This document shows, in pieces, positions 13,252 to 22,958 of a DNA stretch of 64,000 nucleotides. The translations under genes and the position numbers were made by a program. The stretch comes from Alphaproteobacteria bacterium (GTDB lineage Bacteria > Pseudomonadota > Alphaproteobacteria > UBA828): the NCBI GenBank assembly GCA_965220745.1, contig CBDCQT010000007.1:96001-160000 (forward strand). Direction: 5' to 3'. The stretch's first letter is position 1, and each line of letters opens with the position of its first letter. Under the pieces are notes generated by a model, which saw nothing but the letters and a program-made list of their open reading frames with translations, did no database searches and was not told the DNA's origin.

Positions 13252-14025
13252 ATGGCGAGCGACACCCCACAGGCCGTGATGGTCACCGGCGCAGGCCGCA
13301 GCATCGGCCGCGCAGTGGCCGAGCGCTTCCACGCCGCCGGCGCCCGCGTCCACATCTGCTGCCTGACCGACGAGAGCCTCGCGGACGTGCTCGGCGCCAA
13401 TCCCGGCATGTCCGGCAGCATCGCCGACGTGGGCTCGGCGGAGGCGGTCGCACGCTGGTTCGAGGAGGGACTCGCGGCCCTCGGCCGGCTCGACGTGCTG
13501 GTGAACAACGCCGGCATCAGCGGCCCGCGCGCGCCGGTGGAGGAGATCGGGGACGACGAGTGGCAGCGGGTGATCGACGTCAACCTCAACAGCATGTTCC
13601 ACTGCATCAAGCGGGCCGTGCCGGTGATGAAGGCGCAAGGCTCGGGCGCGATCATCAACATCTCCACCGCGTCCACCCGTGTGGGGATGCCGCTCAGGAC
13701 CTCCTACATCACCACCAAGTGCGCGGTGGATGGCATGACCATGAACCTCGCGCGCGAGCTCGGCCCTTCCGGCATCCGCTGTAACGCCATCCTACCCGGC
13801 ATCATCGACAACCCACGCGGGCGGCGCCTCATCACGCACCTCGCCAAGGAGCGGGGGCAGACGGTCGAGGAGGCGCACGAGCGCTACGTGAGCTTCATCT
13901 CCACGCGCGCGCTGATCACCAGCGAGGAGGTCGCAGACGCCGCGTTCTTCCTCGCGCAGGATTCGGCGCGCAATATCACCGGGCAGTTGATCGGGGTTTG
14001 CGGCAACCTGGAATGGGAGGAGTAA
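13252..14025 (+). CDS. Short-chain dehydrogenase/reductase
   Basis: TGAGRSIG, NNAG, YxxxK (YITTK); AGGAG RBS before ATG. Confidence 0.9.
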   Translation: MASDTPQAVMVTGAGRSIGRAVAERFHAAGARVHICCLTDESLADVLGANPGMSGSIADVGSAEAVARWFEEGLAALGRLDVLVNNAGISGPRAPVEEIGDDEWQRVIDVNLNSMFHCIKRAVPVMKAQGSGAIINISTASTRVGMPLRTSYITTKCAVDGMTMNLARELGPSGIRCNAILPGIIDNPRGRRLITHLAKERGQTVEEAHERYVSFISTRALITSEEVADAAFFLAQDSARNITGQLIGVCGNLEWEE

Positions 14026-14628
14026 CTACTTCTTGCGGAAGTGGTCGAGCGCAACGACTTTCTCGCCGTTCGACCCTGGCGCGTCCGTATCTTCTTCCGC
14101 TTCCGCCTCTGGCGGGGCCTTTTCCCCACCCGCGGCTGGTACCGACCCTGTTGCGCGCGCTTCCGGCTCAGCCTTCTTTCCGCGGGCCTTCCGCTTCGCT
14201 GGTTTTTCGCTCGCCTCGGGCGCGGACATCTCTCCGCGTACCTCCGGCGCGGTCATTTCTCCGCGCGCCTCTGGCGCGACCCCAAACTGCAAACCGAACT
14301 TGACCGACGGGTCGGCATAGCTGGTGAGCGCCGCGAAGGGGACGACGATGCGCTGGCCCACCTTGTTGAAGCTCAGCGTCACGGAGAAGGAATCGTCCTC
14401 GACCTCCAGGCCCCAGAACTGGTGCTGAAGCACGATCGTGAGTTCGTCCGGGTAGCGCGTGTGCAGGAAATCCGGCACCTCGACACCAGGAGCTGCGGTC
14501 TTGAAGGTAATGTAGGCGTGGTGGGTGCCGGGCCAGCCCTCCTCTGCCACGCGGCGGAGGGCCTCGCGAACCACCGAGCGCAGGCCGTTCTCGACCAGCG
14601 TGTTGTAACCGATGAGGTCCTTGCTCAT
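14026..14628 (-). CDS. sspB: ClpXP adaptor SspB, alphaproteobacterial type
   Basis: HAYITFKT..PGV, YPDELTIVLQHQFW, C-terminal VVALDHFRKK motif; adjacent to ssrA. Confidence 0.92.
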   Translation of the reverse strand: MSKDLIGYNTLVENGLRSVVREALRRVAEEGWPGTHHAYITFKTAAPGVEVPDFLHTRYPDELTIVLQHQFWGLEVEDDSFSVTLSFNKVGQRIVVPFAALTSYADPSVKFGLQFGVAPEARGEMTAPEVRGEMSAPEASEKPAKRKARGKKAEPEARATGSVPAAGGEKAPPEAEAEEDTDAPGSNGEKVVALDHFRKK

Positions 14629-14819
14629 TGCCGCGTCCGTGTCCGCCCGCTCAACCGGGGCTGCCGTTGCCCGATGCCCCCAAACCACGCTGGTTCGCCG
14701 CCACCGGTTAGCTTAGCCCGGATGCCTCGTCACGGTCACGGTCTGCGTCGCGCGAGACGCGCGCGAAGCTTCTCGTTCGCAGGGGTGCCCGGTGATTTAT
14801 GGTCCCGGTCGGAACGCCG

Positions 14820-15105
14820 GGTCAGCGGGGGGCTTCTGTTGCCCGGCGCCCCCCAAGCCGCGCTTACCTAGCGATGCTAAGCAGCGAGTGCGACTTCGTT
14901 GTCGTTCGCACCTCTGAGTTGGCCCGATAACGGCGGTACCATGCCGGGCGAAAGCCACACCTTTACCACGCACGTCGATCCTGGTTCGCCCCCATAACGC
15001 GGGCCGCCGGCCCAAGGAGTGGTGGAGGCGCCGGGTACTGCCCCCGGGTCCGCAACGCTTATTTCGAGCAGCGTTTATCGCCATAGTCGACGGTCGCCCG
15101 CCGAC
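14820..15105 (-). ncRNA. ssrA: Two-piece circularly permuted tmRNA; tag ANDNEVALAA
   Basis: Acceptor piece ends CGCCTCCACCA at 15020; 26-nt spacer; coding piece starts GGGGGCG at 14993 (7-bp acceptor stem with G3:U70); tag ORF 14909-14877; outer ends approximate. Confidence 0.95.
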
Positions 15106-15111
15106 CTCCAC

Positions 15112-15140
15112 AATATAGGTGCTCTCGGCGCGTATGGGAA
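15112..15140 (-). promoter_or_regulatory. Putative ssrA promoter
   Basis: TTCCCA-N17-TATATT on the minus strand just upstream of the acceptor piece. Confidence 0.5.
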
Positions 15141-15238
15141 GACGTAGCGGTGCCTCTGCCTGTCCACTCGGTCGCGGGAGCGGGGTATGATCGCAGCACG
15201 ACCCTCTGACAAGACTCACCGGAGACCGTCCCTCGCCC

Positions 15239-16282
15239 ATGCCGATCGACGACCACAAGCGGGCGGAGATCGAGGCCCAGCGCGCCGCCTGGGAGAAGAC
15301 CAGGCGTGCCACGGTGCCGGCGCTGGAGTCGATCCTCTACGAGCGCTTCGACGTGCTCGACCACGGCTTCGTCCGGGTGATCGACTACATGGGGGACGAT
15401 GCCGCCATCGTGCAGGCGGCGCGGGTCTCCTACGGCGCGGGCACGCGGCGCGTGCGGGAGGACCGCGCGCTGATCCGCTACCTCCTGCGCCATCGTCACA
15501 CGACCCCCTTCGAGATGTGCGAGCTCAAGCTGCACATCAAGGCGCCGATCTTCGTCGCCCGCCAGTGGCTCCGCCACCGCACCGCCAGCGTCAACGAGTA
15601 TTCCGCGCGCTACTCCAGGCTCGACCGCGAATTCTACGTGCCCGACCCAGCGCATCTCCAGTCTGTCCGGGAAGAGCAGATCGACCGCCAGCGGGCCAGC
15701 AGCAGCGGCATGGACGACCTGTTCGGGTGGCGGGAGGCGGCAGAGACTCGTCAGGAGCTGGCCGCGCAGTCCGCCGCCAACATGCAGGGCCGGGACGACG
15801 ATTTGGCGGACGCGGAGGCCCGCCAGGCGCTCTCGCGCCTCGACTGGATCTCAACCCGTGCCTACGGCGTCTACGAGAACCTGCTCAACGAGAACGAGGA
15901 CGGCGAGAAGAAGGACCCCGACCGCGCCGGACTTGCCCGCGAGCTCGCGCGGGCGGCGCTGCCGGTCAACTACTACACCCAGTTCTATTGGAAGATTGAC
16001 CTGCACAACCTGCTGCACTTCCTGTCGCTGCGGGCCGACGCCCACGCCCAGTACGAGATCCGCGCCTATGCCGAGGTGATCCTCGACAAGGTCGTCGCGC
16101 GCTGGGTGCCGGCGACCTACGAGGCTTTTCGGGACTATGGGATGGATGCCGCATCGCTCTCGAGAGGCGGGCTCGATGTGGTCAAGCGCATGCTGGCAGG
16201 CGAGGTGGTCGATCAGGAGAACAGCGGCCTTTCCAAGCGCGAGTGGCGCGAGCTTATGGCGGTGCTGGGGCGGGAGCCCTAG
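15239..16282 (+). CDS. thyX: FAD-dependent thymidylate synthase
   Basis: [31 protein letters not shown] motif, HAQYEIR. Confidence 0.96.
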   Translation: MPIDDHKRAEIEAQRAAWEKTRRATVPALESILYERFDVLDHGFVRVIDYMGDDAAIVQAARVSYGAGTRRVREDRALIRYLLRHRHTTPFEMCELKLHIKAPIFVARQWLRHRTASVNEYSARYSRLDREFYVPDPAHLQSVREEQIDRQRASSSGMDDLFGWREAAETRQELAAQSAANMQGRDDDLADAEARQALSRLDWISTRAYGVYENLLNENEDGEKKDPDRAGLARELARAALPVNYYTQFYWKIDLHNLLHFLSLRADAHAQYEIRAYAEVILDKVVARWVPATYEAFRDYGMDAASLSRGGLDVVKRMLAGEVVDQENSGLSKREWRELMAVLGREP

Positions 16283-16320
16283 AGCGTTTCCGCTTCGCAC
16301 GGAAACGCTCTACCTATTTA
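16280..16320. repeat. Perfect 13-bp palindrome, Bru-RS/RIME-like intergenic repeat or terminator
   Basis: TAGAGCGTTTCCG-CTTCGCA-CGGAAACGCTCTA followed by CCTATTTA. Confidence 0.6.
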
Positions 16321-16424
16321 TCGCTCACGGAAGCCGGCCTGCGGCCGGCGCCTCCGCGAGGGCGCCGCAGGGGCGGCGGGCCGCAGTCGCGGCCTGTCGC
16401 GCGTCCGTCAAAGACGGACACGCC

Positions 16425-17111
16425 CTAGCTACAGAGGGGCCACACCTCCCACCAGGAATCGCAGCGGAACTCCGACTCGCAGCGCTTGAGTTGCGCTTCG
16501 TAGCGGCTGGCGGTCTCGGCCACCCGCTTCGCGATTTGTTGCAGCTTGGGCTTGTCTTTCCAGGTGCCGCGCCGGTAGCCGCCGCGCCCCTCGTGATAGG
16601 CGAGATAGAGGTTGCGTGCGTCGGTCTTGGCGATGCCGAGTTCCCGCGACGTCGCGTGGTTGTACCAGCCGATGAAATCTAGGGCGTCTTCCATGTCCGA
16701 ACGGCTGCGCCAGAAGGAGCCGCGCTCGTTCGTGTAGTCCTCCCAAGCCGGGTCCTGCGCCTGGGCGTACCCCTTGGCCGACGACACGCGCCCCCACGGG
16801 ATGAACCAGAGGACGTACTTGCGTGGCGGCCGTGCATCGCTCCGGTAGCTCGATTCGTGATGCACGAAGGCCATGAGAATGTGAGCCGGCACGTCCCACG
16901 TGTCCTCCGCTTCCTTGGCGTAGTCGTACCAGTCGGGATGCTGGTGGAAGACGGCGCAGAGGTCCTGCTGTCGGTCCGGAACCGAAGGCGTGCATCCGGC
17001 CGCCACCAGCGCTGCCAGAAGCAGAGCGACAATGCCGGCGCCGATCCAACGTCGCCGGCCCGAACGGGCCGCTAGTCTTGAGAGAACGCCGTCCGACCGC
17101 CTGTTCGTCAT
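16425..17111 (-). CDS. Lytic transglycosylase SLT-domain lipoprotein
   Basis: Lipobox-like VAAGC, catalytic ES motif (HHESSY), SSAKGYAQA, YLAYHEG. Confidence 0.8.
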   Translation of the reverse strand: MTNRRSDGVLSRLAARSGRRRWIGAGIVALLLAALVAAGCTPSVPDRQQDLCAVFHQHPDWYDYAKEAEDTWDVPAHILMAFVHHESSYRSDARPPRKYVLWFIPWGRVSSAKGYAQAQDPAWEDYTNERGSFWRSRSDMEDALDFIGWYNHATSRELGIAKTDARNLYLAYHEGRGGYRRGTWKDKPKLQQIAKRVAETASRYEAQLKRCESEFRCDSWWEVWPLCS

Positions 17112-17123
17112 CGGCGGGTGCGC

Positions 17124-18287
17124 TCACATCATGACGATGCGGGGCTGGGCGCGGCCGGCGCCGCTCACCGCCGAGGTGGCCTTGTCGATCAGGCCGGCGG
17201 CGATCTGCCGATAGGCCTCGGCGTGGGGGCTCTCGGGCTGGGTGACCACGATCGGCCGGCCCGCATCGGACGTCGTCCGAATCGAGATGTCCAGCGGTAT
17301 CTCGCCCAGGAAGTCCACCCCGAGTCGGCGCGCGGTCTCGCGCGCACCGCCGTGATGAAAAAGTTCGGCCCGATGGCCGCACGCGGGGCACACGTAGTAG
17401 CTCATGTTCTCCACAACCCCGAAGATCGGCACGTTGACCTGCTGGAACATGTTGATGCCCCGCGTCACGTCGAGCAGCGCGATGTCCTGCGGGGTGGAGA
17501 CGATGACCGCGCCGGTGAGCGGCACCCGCTGCGCCATGGTGAGCTGCGCATCGCCGGTGCCGGGCGGCAGGTCGCAGAGCAGCACGTCGAGCTCGCCCCA
17601 ATCGACGTCCCGCATCATCTGCTCCAGCGCCTGCATCACCATGGGCCCGCGCCAGATCATGGCGGTATCCTCGGCAACCAGGAAGCCGATGGACATGCAC
17701 TTGATCCCGTAATTCGCCATGGGGCGGAGCGTGCGTTCGCCCACCATCTCGGGCTGGCCGCTCAGGTTGAGCATGCGCGGGATCGAAGGCCCGTAGATGT
17801 CGCAGTCGAGCAGACCGACTCGGACGTTCTGGGCGGCCATCGCGGTCGCGATGTTGACGGCGGTGGTCGACTTGCCGACTCCGCCCTTGCCGGATGCGAT
17901 GGCGATGACGCTCTTCACCCCTGGCAGGAGCTGATCGGCCTGCGGCGCCCGCGCCTGGGCCTGCCCGCCGTGGGCGTGACCGTGGCCGTGGCCATGCGAA
18001 TGACCGTGGCCCTGTCCCTGTGCCTGGCCGCCCGCCGGTCGCTCGGCGGTCAGCACGGCCGTCACCGAGAGCACGCCGGAGAGCCGCTCCACCGCAGTCT
18101 CGCAGGCCTTTCGCAGCGGCTCCTTCGCCGCGCCCTGGTCCGGATCGACCTCCAGCGCGAAGCCCACGTTGCCGTCTCTCACAACGACTCCGCTGATGAG
18201 GCCGCTCGCGACGACGTTCTGTCCGCTGTCCGGGTCCAGGACGTCAGCGAGCGCCGCCAGAACCTGATCCTTGGTGACCGACGCCAT
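17124..18287 (-). CDS. apbC: Mrp/NBP35 Fe-S cluster carrier ATPase
   Basis: SGKGGVGKST, DIYGPS, WRGPM, DLPPGTGD, ENMSxxxCPAC. Confidence 0.93.
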   Translation of the reverse strand: MASVTKDQVLAALADVLDPDSGQNVVASGLISGVVVRDGNVGFALEVDPDQGAAKEPLRKACETAVERLSGVLSVTAVLTAERPAGGQAQGQGHGHSHGHGHGHAHGGQAQARAPQADQLLPGVKSVIAIASGKGGVGKSTTAVNIATAMAAQNVRVGLLDCDIYGPSIPRMLNLSGQPEMVGERTLRPMANYGIKCMSIGFLVAEDTAMIWRGPMVMQALEQMMRDVDWGELDVLLCDLPPGTGDAQLTMAQRVPLTGAVIVSTPQDIALLDVTRGINMFQQVNVPIFGVVENMSYYVCPACGHRAELFHHGGARETARRLGVDFLGEIPLDISIRTTSDAGRPIVVTQPESPHAEAYRQIAAGLIDKATSAVSGAGRAQPRIVMM

Positions 18288-18418
18288 CGTTCCACTCCGA
18301 CCGGGGGGTCGCGGCAAGACGCGACAGCAGAAACGTGCGCGCGTCGTTGCGTGCCGCAACCGCATGACTTATAAGGCGCCCATGACGACATGCAAAGCCT
18401 TGGGAGAAAGGCTCACCC

Positions 18419-19552
18419 ATGCCCTGGTCTAGCCAAGGCGGCGGGGGCGGCTGGCAGAGCGGCGGCGGCAATAGCGGCCCGTGGGGGCGCTCGCCGGGCG
18501 GCGGCGGCCGGCGTGGTGGTGGGCAACCTCCACCGCCCGACCTCGAAGAGATGTTGCGGCGCGGCCAGGATCGCTTCCGCAGATGGATGCCTGGGCTACG
18601 CGGTAGCCGCGGGCTCATCCTGCTGCTCCTCGTCGCCATCGGCATCTGGCTGCTGACCGGGTTCTACCGGGTCGAGCCCGACGAGCAGGGCGTGGTGCTG
18701 CGCTGGGGCGAGTGGACCAAGACCACCCAGCCGGGCCTCAACTACCACCTGCCGTGGCCATTCGAGACGGTTATCTTGCCCAAGGTGACCAAGATCAACC
18801 GGGCCGAGATCGGCTACCGGACCCTGGTCGATTCCCAACGGGGGGCGTTCACGCGGCCGGTGCCCGACGAGAGCCTGATGCTGACCGGCGACGAGAACAT
18901 CATCGACGTGAAGTTCACCGCCTTCTGGCGCATCCGCGATGCCGGCCAGTTCCTGTTCAACATCCAGGCGCCGGAGCGCACGGTGAAGGACGCGGCCGAG
19001 AGCGCGATGCGCGAGGTGATCGGCAAGACCCGCCTGCAATCGGCGCTGGCCGAGGAACGCCTGCTGCTGGCACAGCAGACCCACCAGCTCACGCAGCAGG
19101 TCCTGGACTATTACGGCGCCGGCATCGAGATCACTCAGATCGAGCCGCAGGACATCGCGCCGCCGGAGGCTGTGATCGCGTCCTTCCGTGACGTGCAGGC
19201 GGCGCGCGCCGACCAGGAGCGGGCCAAGAACGAGGCCGAAGCCTACCGCAACGACATCATCCCGAGGGCGCGCGGCGCCGCTGAGCGCCTCGTGCAGGAG
19301 GGCACGGCCTACAAGGAGGAAGTCGTCGCCAGGGCCCAGGGTGAGGCGGCGCGCTTCCTCTCGGTCTACAGCGAATATGCGCAGAACATGGATGTCGTCC
19401 GCCGGCGCATGTATCTGGAGACGATGGAGGAGGTGCTCGGCGGAATCGACAAGATCATCATCGATTCTGCGGCGCAAGGTGGTAGCGGAGTCGTGCCCTA
19501 CCTGCCGCTACCCGAGCTTCAGCGCCGGCAGGGCACGGGGGACACGCAGTAG
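18419..19552 (+). CDS. hflK: FtsH modulator HflK
   Basis: Gly-rich N-terminus with PPDLEE, SPFH domain MLTGDENI, VVPYLPL. Confidence 0.95.
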   Translation: MPWSSQGGGGGWQSGGGNSGPWGRSPGGGGRRGGGQPPPPDLEEMLRRGQDRFRRWMPGLRGSRGLILLLLVAIGIWLLTGFYRVEPDEQGVVLRWGEWTKTTQPGLNYHLPWPFETVILPKVTKINRAEIGYRTLVDSQRGAFTRPVPDESLMLTGDENIIDVKFTAFWRIRDAGQFLFNIQAPERTVKDAAESAMREVIGKTRLQSALAEERLLLAQQTHQLTQQVLDYYGAGIEITQIEPQDIAPPEAVIASFRDVQAARADQERAKNEAEAYRNDIIPRARGAAERLVQEGTAYKEEVVARAQGEAARFLSVYSEYAQNMDVVRRRMYLETMEEVLGGIDKIIIDSAAQGGSGVVPYLPLPELQRRQGTGDTQ

Positions 19553-19555
19553 ACC

Positions 19556-20470
19556 ATGAGTACCCGGCTCAAATTCATTATCGGCGCCGCGGTCATCCTC
19601 GTGGCGATCATCCTGCTTCTGATCTCCACCTACAAGGTGCGCGAGGATCAGCAGGCGATTCTCCTGCAGCTGGGTGAGCCCATCAAGGTGGTGAACCAGT
19701 GGGGCACGGACGAGCCGGGGCTCCGCTTCAAGACACCCTTCGTCCAGAACGTCGAGTACTTCGAGAAGCGCGTGCTGGACTTCAACGCGCCGGCGGAGGA
19801 GATGATTCTCGGCGATCAGAAGCGGCTGGTGGTCGACGCCTTTATCCGCTACCGGATCATCGATCCTCTGCGCTTCTTCCAGTCCGTCGGCAACGAGGCG
19901 ATAGCGCGTGCGAGACTCGGCGCGATCCTCAACGCCAGCACGAGGCAGGTGCTGGGTACGGTCGAGTTGATCACCGTGCTCTCGGGCGAGCGTGCGCAGC
20001 TCATGACCGAGATCAGGGACCAGGTGAACCGTCAGTCTACCGGCTTCGGCGTCGATGTGATCGACGTGCGCATACGCCGCGCCGACCTGCCGGAGGAGAA
20101 CAGCCAGGCCGTCTACCAGCGCATGCAGACCGAGCGTGAGCGCGAGGCCAAGGAGTTCAGGGCGCAGGGCGAGGAGGAGTCGCAGCGCATCCGCTCGCGC
20201 GCTGATCGCGAGCGTGTGGTGCTCCTCGCGGAGGCGGAGCGCGAGTCCCAGACCCTGCGCGGTGAGGGTGACGAAGAAGCCTTGCGCATCTCGCGCGACG
20301 CATATGGACGCGACTCCGAGTTTTACGCCTTCTACCGGGCCATGCAGGCCTATCGCGAAGCCCTCGGCGATGGCGACACGAGTATGGTGCTGTCACCCGA
20401 CAGCGAGTTCTTCCGCTTCTTCGACAATATCGTGCAGCCTCAGGCGCCCACCCCGGCGGCACCTGAGTGA
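19556..20470 (+). CDS. hflC: FtsH modulator HflC
   Basis: SPFH domain, RMQTERERE, LSPDSEFFRFF; follows hflK. Confidence 0.95.
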   Translation: MSTRLKFIIGAAVILVAIILLLISTYKVREDQQAILLQLGEPIKVVNQWGTDEPGLRFKTPFVQNVEYFEKRVLDFNAPAEEMILGDQKRLVVDAFIRYRIIDPLRFFQSVGNEAIARARLGAILNASTRQVLGTVELITVLSGERAQLMTEIRDQVNRQSTGFGVDVIDVRIRRADLPEENSQAVYQRMQTEREREAKEFRAQGEEESQRIRSRADRERVVLLAEAERESQTLRGEGDEEALRISRDAYGRDSEFYAFYRAMQAYREALGDGDTSMVLSPDSEFFRFFDNIVQPQAPTPAAPE

Positions 20471-20529
20471 CGCGCCCCGGCCTCGCGCCGGTGCAAGGCC
20501 GCCCCCCGGCCACCCCCAACGATCCGGCT

Positions 20530-20724
20530 ATGGGCGACGGTCTCACCGCATTCCTGACCGCGATCGGATTGATATTCGTTATCGAGGGCGGGCTCTACGC
20601 GCTGTTCCCGGAGGCCATGCGACGCAGCATCCAGCGCGTGCTTGCCCAATCCTCGGGCCGGATACGCGCCATCGGCATGGGCGCGGCTCTGGCCGGCCTC
20701 CTGCTGGTGTGGCTCGTCAACTAA
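20530..20724 (+). CDS. DUF2065 small membrane protein
   Basis: AIGLIFVIEGGLYALFP..IRAIG; typical position after hflKC. Confidence 0.85.
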   Translation: MGDGLTAFLTAIGLIFVIEGGLYALFPEAMRRSIQRVLAQSSGRIRAIGMGAALAGLLLVWLVN

Positions 20725-20749
20725 AGGCTGCGTCGGGGAAGGGGAGGAG

Positions 20750-21982
20750 ATGACCGAGCGGCTGCTCGCCCCCTTCGCGGGGCTTCGCGCGGCCCCGGAG
20801 CATGCCGATGCGGTGGCGGCGCCGCCCTACGACGTGATGTCGACGGAAGAGGCCCGCGCCGCCGCCGAGGGCCGGCCGCTGAACTTCCTCCACGTCTCCC
20901 GGCCCGAGATCGACTTGCCGCCCGAGACACCGCCCGGCGCGCCCGAACTTTACGATGGGGCTGCGGCGGGCTTCGCGCGGATGATCGAGAGTGGAGTCCT
21001 GATCCGCGACCCGGCCTCCCGCTTCTACGCATACCGCATGAAGGCAGACAGTCGCACGCAGACCGGGCTCGTGGCGGCAGCCTCGCTCGCCGCCTACGAG
21101 GAGGGCGCGGTCAAGCGGCACGAATTGACCCGGCCGACCAAGGTAGAAGACCGGGCTAGGCACATCGCAGCGCTTGGCGCGCAGACCGGCCCCGTCCTCA
21201 CGATTCACCGGCCAGATGAAGAGGTTCGCCGCCTGATCGCTGCGGCATGCGCGGGGCCACCGCTCTGCCGCGCCGTGCTCGACGGTGCCGTGACCCACAC
21301 GCTCTGGTCCATCGACGGTGCGGACGAGATCGACGCGCTGACCGAGCAATTCGACCGGATCGGCGCGCTCTACATCGCCGACGGTCACCACCGCGCCGCC
21401 GCCGCGCAGATGGCGGCCCAGGCGATGGGAGCGGGGACGGGAGAAGCCGCCGGCCGCCTGTTGACGGTGAGCTTCCCCGCCGACGAGGTGCGGATTCTCG
21501 GCTATCACAGGATCGTGCAGGGCCTGAACGGGCTCACGCCGGCAGGATTCCTCGGCGAAATTGGCAAGGCGCTGCGCTGCGAGCCGGCGGACGGGCCGGT
21601 GGAGCCCGCGACGCCGGCGCAATTCGGCATGTATGTCGAGGGCCGCTGGTACCGGCTCGCAGCCGAGGGCCCGGCGCCTGCCGGCGGCCCGGTGGTCAAC
21701 CGTCTCGACGTTTCGCTGCTGGCGCGCCTGGTGCTCGGGCCAATCCTCGGCATTGTCGATCCCAGGCTCGATGAGCGGATCGACTTCGTTGGCGGCGGGC
21801 GCGGCATCGACGCACTCGCGGCGGCGGTCGACAGCGGCGAGGCGACGGTCGCCTTCTCGCTCCATCCGACCTCGGTGGATGATCTCATGGCGGTCGCCGA
21901 CGCCAGCGCGATCCTGCCGCCGAAAACCACCTGGTTCGAGCCCAAGCTCGCCGACGGACTGGTCTCGCTGCTCACGTCCTGA
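20750..21982 (+). CDS. DUF1015 family protein
   Basis: APPYDV, KRHELT, YIADGHHR, PPKTTWFEPK; GGAGGAG RBS. Confidence 0.88.
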   Translation: MTERLLAPFAGLRAAPEHADAVAAPPYDVMSTEEARAAAEGRPLNFLHVSRPEIDLPPETPPGAPELYDGAAAGFARMIESGVLIRDPASRFYAYRMKADSRTQTGLVAAASLAAYEEGAVKRHELTRPTKVEDRARHIAALGAQTGPVLTIHRPDEEVRRLIAAACAGPPLCRAVLDGAVTHTLWSIDGADEIDALTEQFDRIGALYIADGHHRAAAAQMAAQAMGAGTGEAAGRLLTVSFPADEVRILGYHRIVQGLNGLTPAGFLGEIGKALRCEPADGPVEPATPAQFGMYVEGRWYRLAAEGPAPAGGPVVNRLDVSLLARLVLGPILGIVDPRLDERIDFVGGGRGIDALAAAVDSGEATVAFSLHPTSVDDLMAVADASAILPPKTTWFEPKLADGLVSLLTS

Positions 21983-21999
21983 AGGCAGGTGACGACGCT

Positions 22000-22941
22000 G
22001 TGGCCGAGGGCCCCTCTACGATCCTGGTGATCGGCGGCCCGACAGCGAGCGGCAAGTCGGCACTCGCGGCCGACGCTGCCGAGCGCTTCGGCGGGGTGGT
22101 CATCAACGCCGACAGCATGCAGCTCTATCGCGACCTACCGATCCTGACTTCGTGGCCGGATGAGGAGCTCCGCGCGCGCGCGCCGCACCGGCTCTACGGC
22201 GTGCTTGACGGTGCCGAGCGCTGCTCGGCCGGCCGCTGGCGCGCTCTGGCGATGGCGGAGATCGAGCGCGTGCAGGGCGATGGCGCGCTGCCCATTCTGG
22301 TCGGCGGAACAGGGCTTTACCTGCGGGCGCTGCTCGAAGGCCTGGCGCCGGTGCCGAAGATTCCCGAGGCCGTGCGCGAGGCGGTGCGCACGCTCCACGA
22401 GCGCGAGGGCAGCGCCGGCCTCCACGCGCGCCTCGCTGCGCGCGACCCGGAGGCGGCCGGGCGGCTCGAACCCGGCGACAGCCAGCGGGTGATGCGGGCC
22501 TACGAAGTGATCGAAGCCACCGGGCGCTCGCTGCTTGCGTGGCAGGGGGAACGGCACGATCGCTATACAGGCCACGCGGCCGTGCTCGTCCTCGAACCGC
22601 CGCGCGATGCGCTTTACGACGCCTGCAACGAGCGTTTCGAGCGCATGATGGCGGCGGGCGCGCTCGACGAGGCGGCACGCCTCAAGGCCCGCGGGCTCGA
22701 TCCCAGGCTGCCGGTGATGAAGGCGGTCGGCGTCCGCGCTCTCCTCGATCACCTGAGCGGCGTCACCACGCTGGAGCGGGCGATCGAACTCGGCCGGCAG
22801 GCGACGCGCCGTTATGCCAAGCGCCAGACCACCTGGTTCCGCACCCAGATGCCGGGCGAAGTCCGTATGCCGGACCGTTATCGCGCGGATTCGAAACGGG
22901 AATCTCTTGCCCTCGTCGAACGCCTGCTATTGACCGGCTGA
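22000..22941 (+). CDS. miaA: tRNA dimethylallyltransferase
   Basis: GPTASGKS, NADSMQLY, VGGTGLY, TRRYAKRQTTW. Confidence 0.96.
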   Translation: MAEGPSTILVIGGPTASGKSALAADAAERFGGVVINADSMQLYRDLPILTSWPDEELRARAPHRLYGVLDGAERCSAGRWRALAMAEIERVQGDGALPILVGGTGLYLRALLEGLAPVPKIPEAVREAVRTLHEREGSAGLHARLAARDPEAAGRLEPGDSQRVMRAYEVIEATGRSLLAWQGERHDRYTGHAAVLVLEPPRDALYDACNERFERMMAAGALDEAARLKARGLDPRLPVMKAVGVRALLDHLSGVTTLERAIELGRQATRRYAKRQTTWFRTQMPGEVRMPDRYRADSKRESLALVERLLLTG

Positions 22942-22958
22942 GGGCGAAGGACTACTGT
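22930..22958 (+). promoter_or_regulatory. Putative sigma70 promoter of ilvB-ilvN-ilvC
   Basis: TTGACC-N17-TACTGT overlapping the miaA 3' end. Confidence 0.6.

Noticed and set aside
11571-13676. 701-aa decarboxylase fusion
   Set aside because: The extra N-terminus is the antisense of the SDR gene; the real start is near 13043
15020-15055. Stand-alone tRNA gene or integration site
   Set aside because: The T-arm and CCA belong to the permuted tmRNA; no integrase or duplicated 3' end seen
15655-15757. Intein in ThyX
   Set aside because: Too short and lacks the C/S start and HN end
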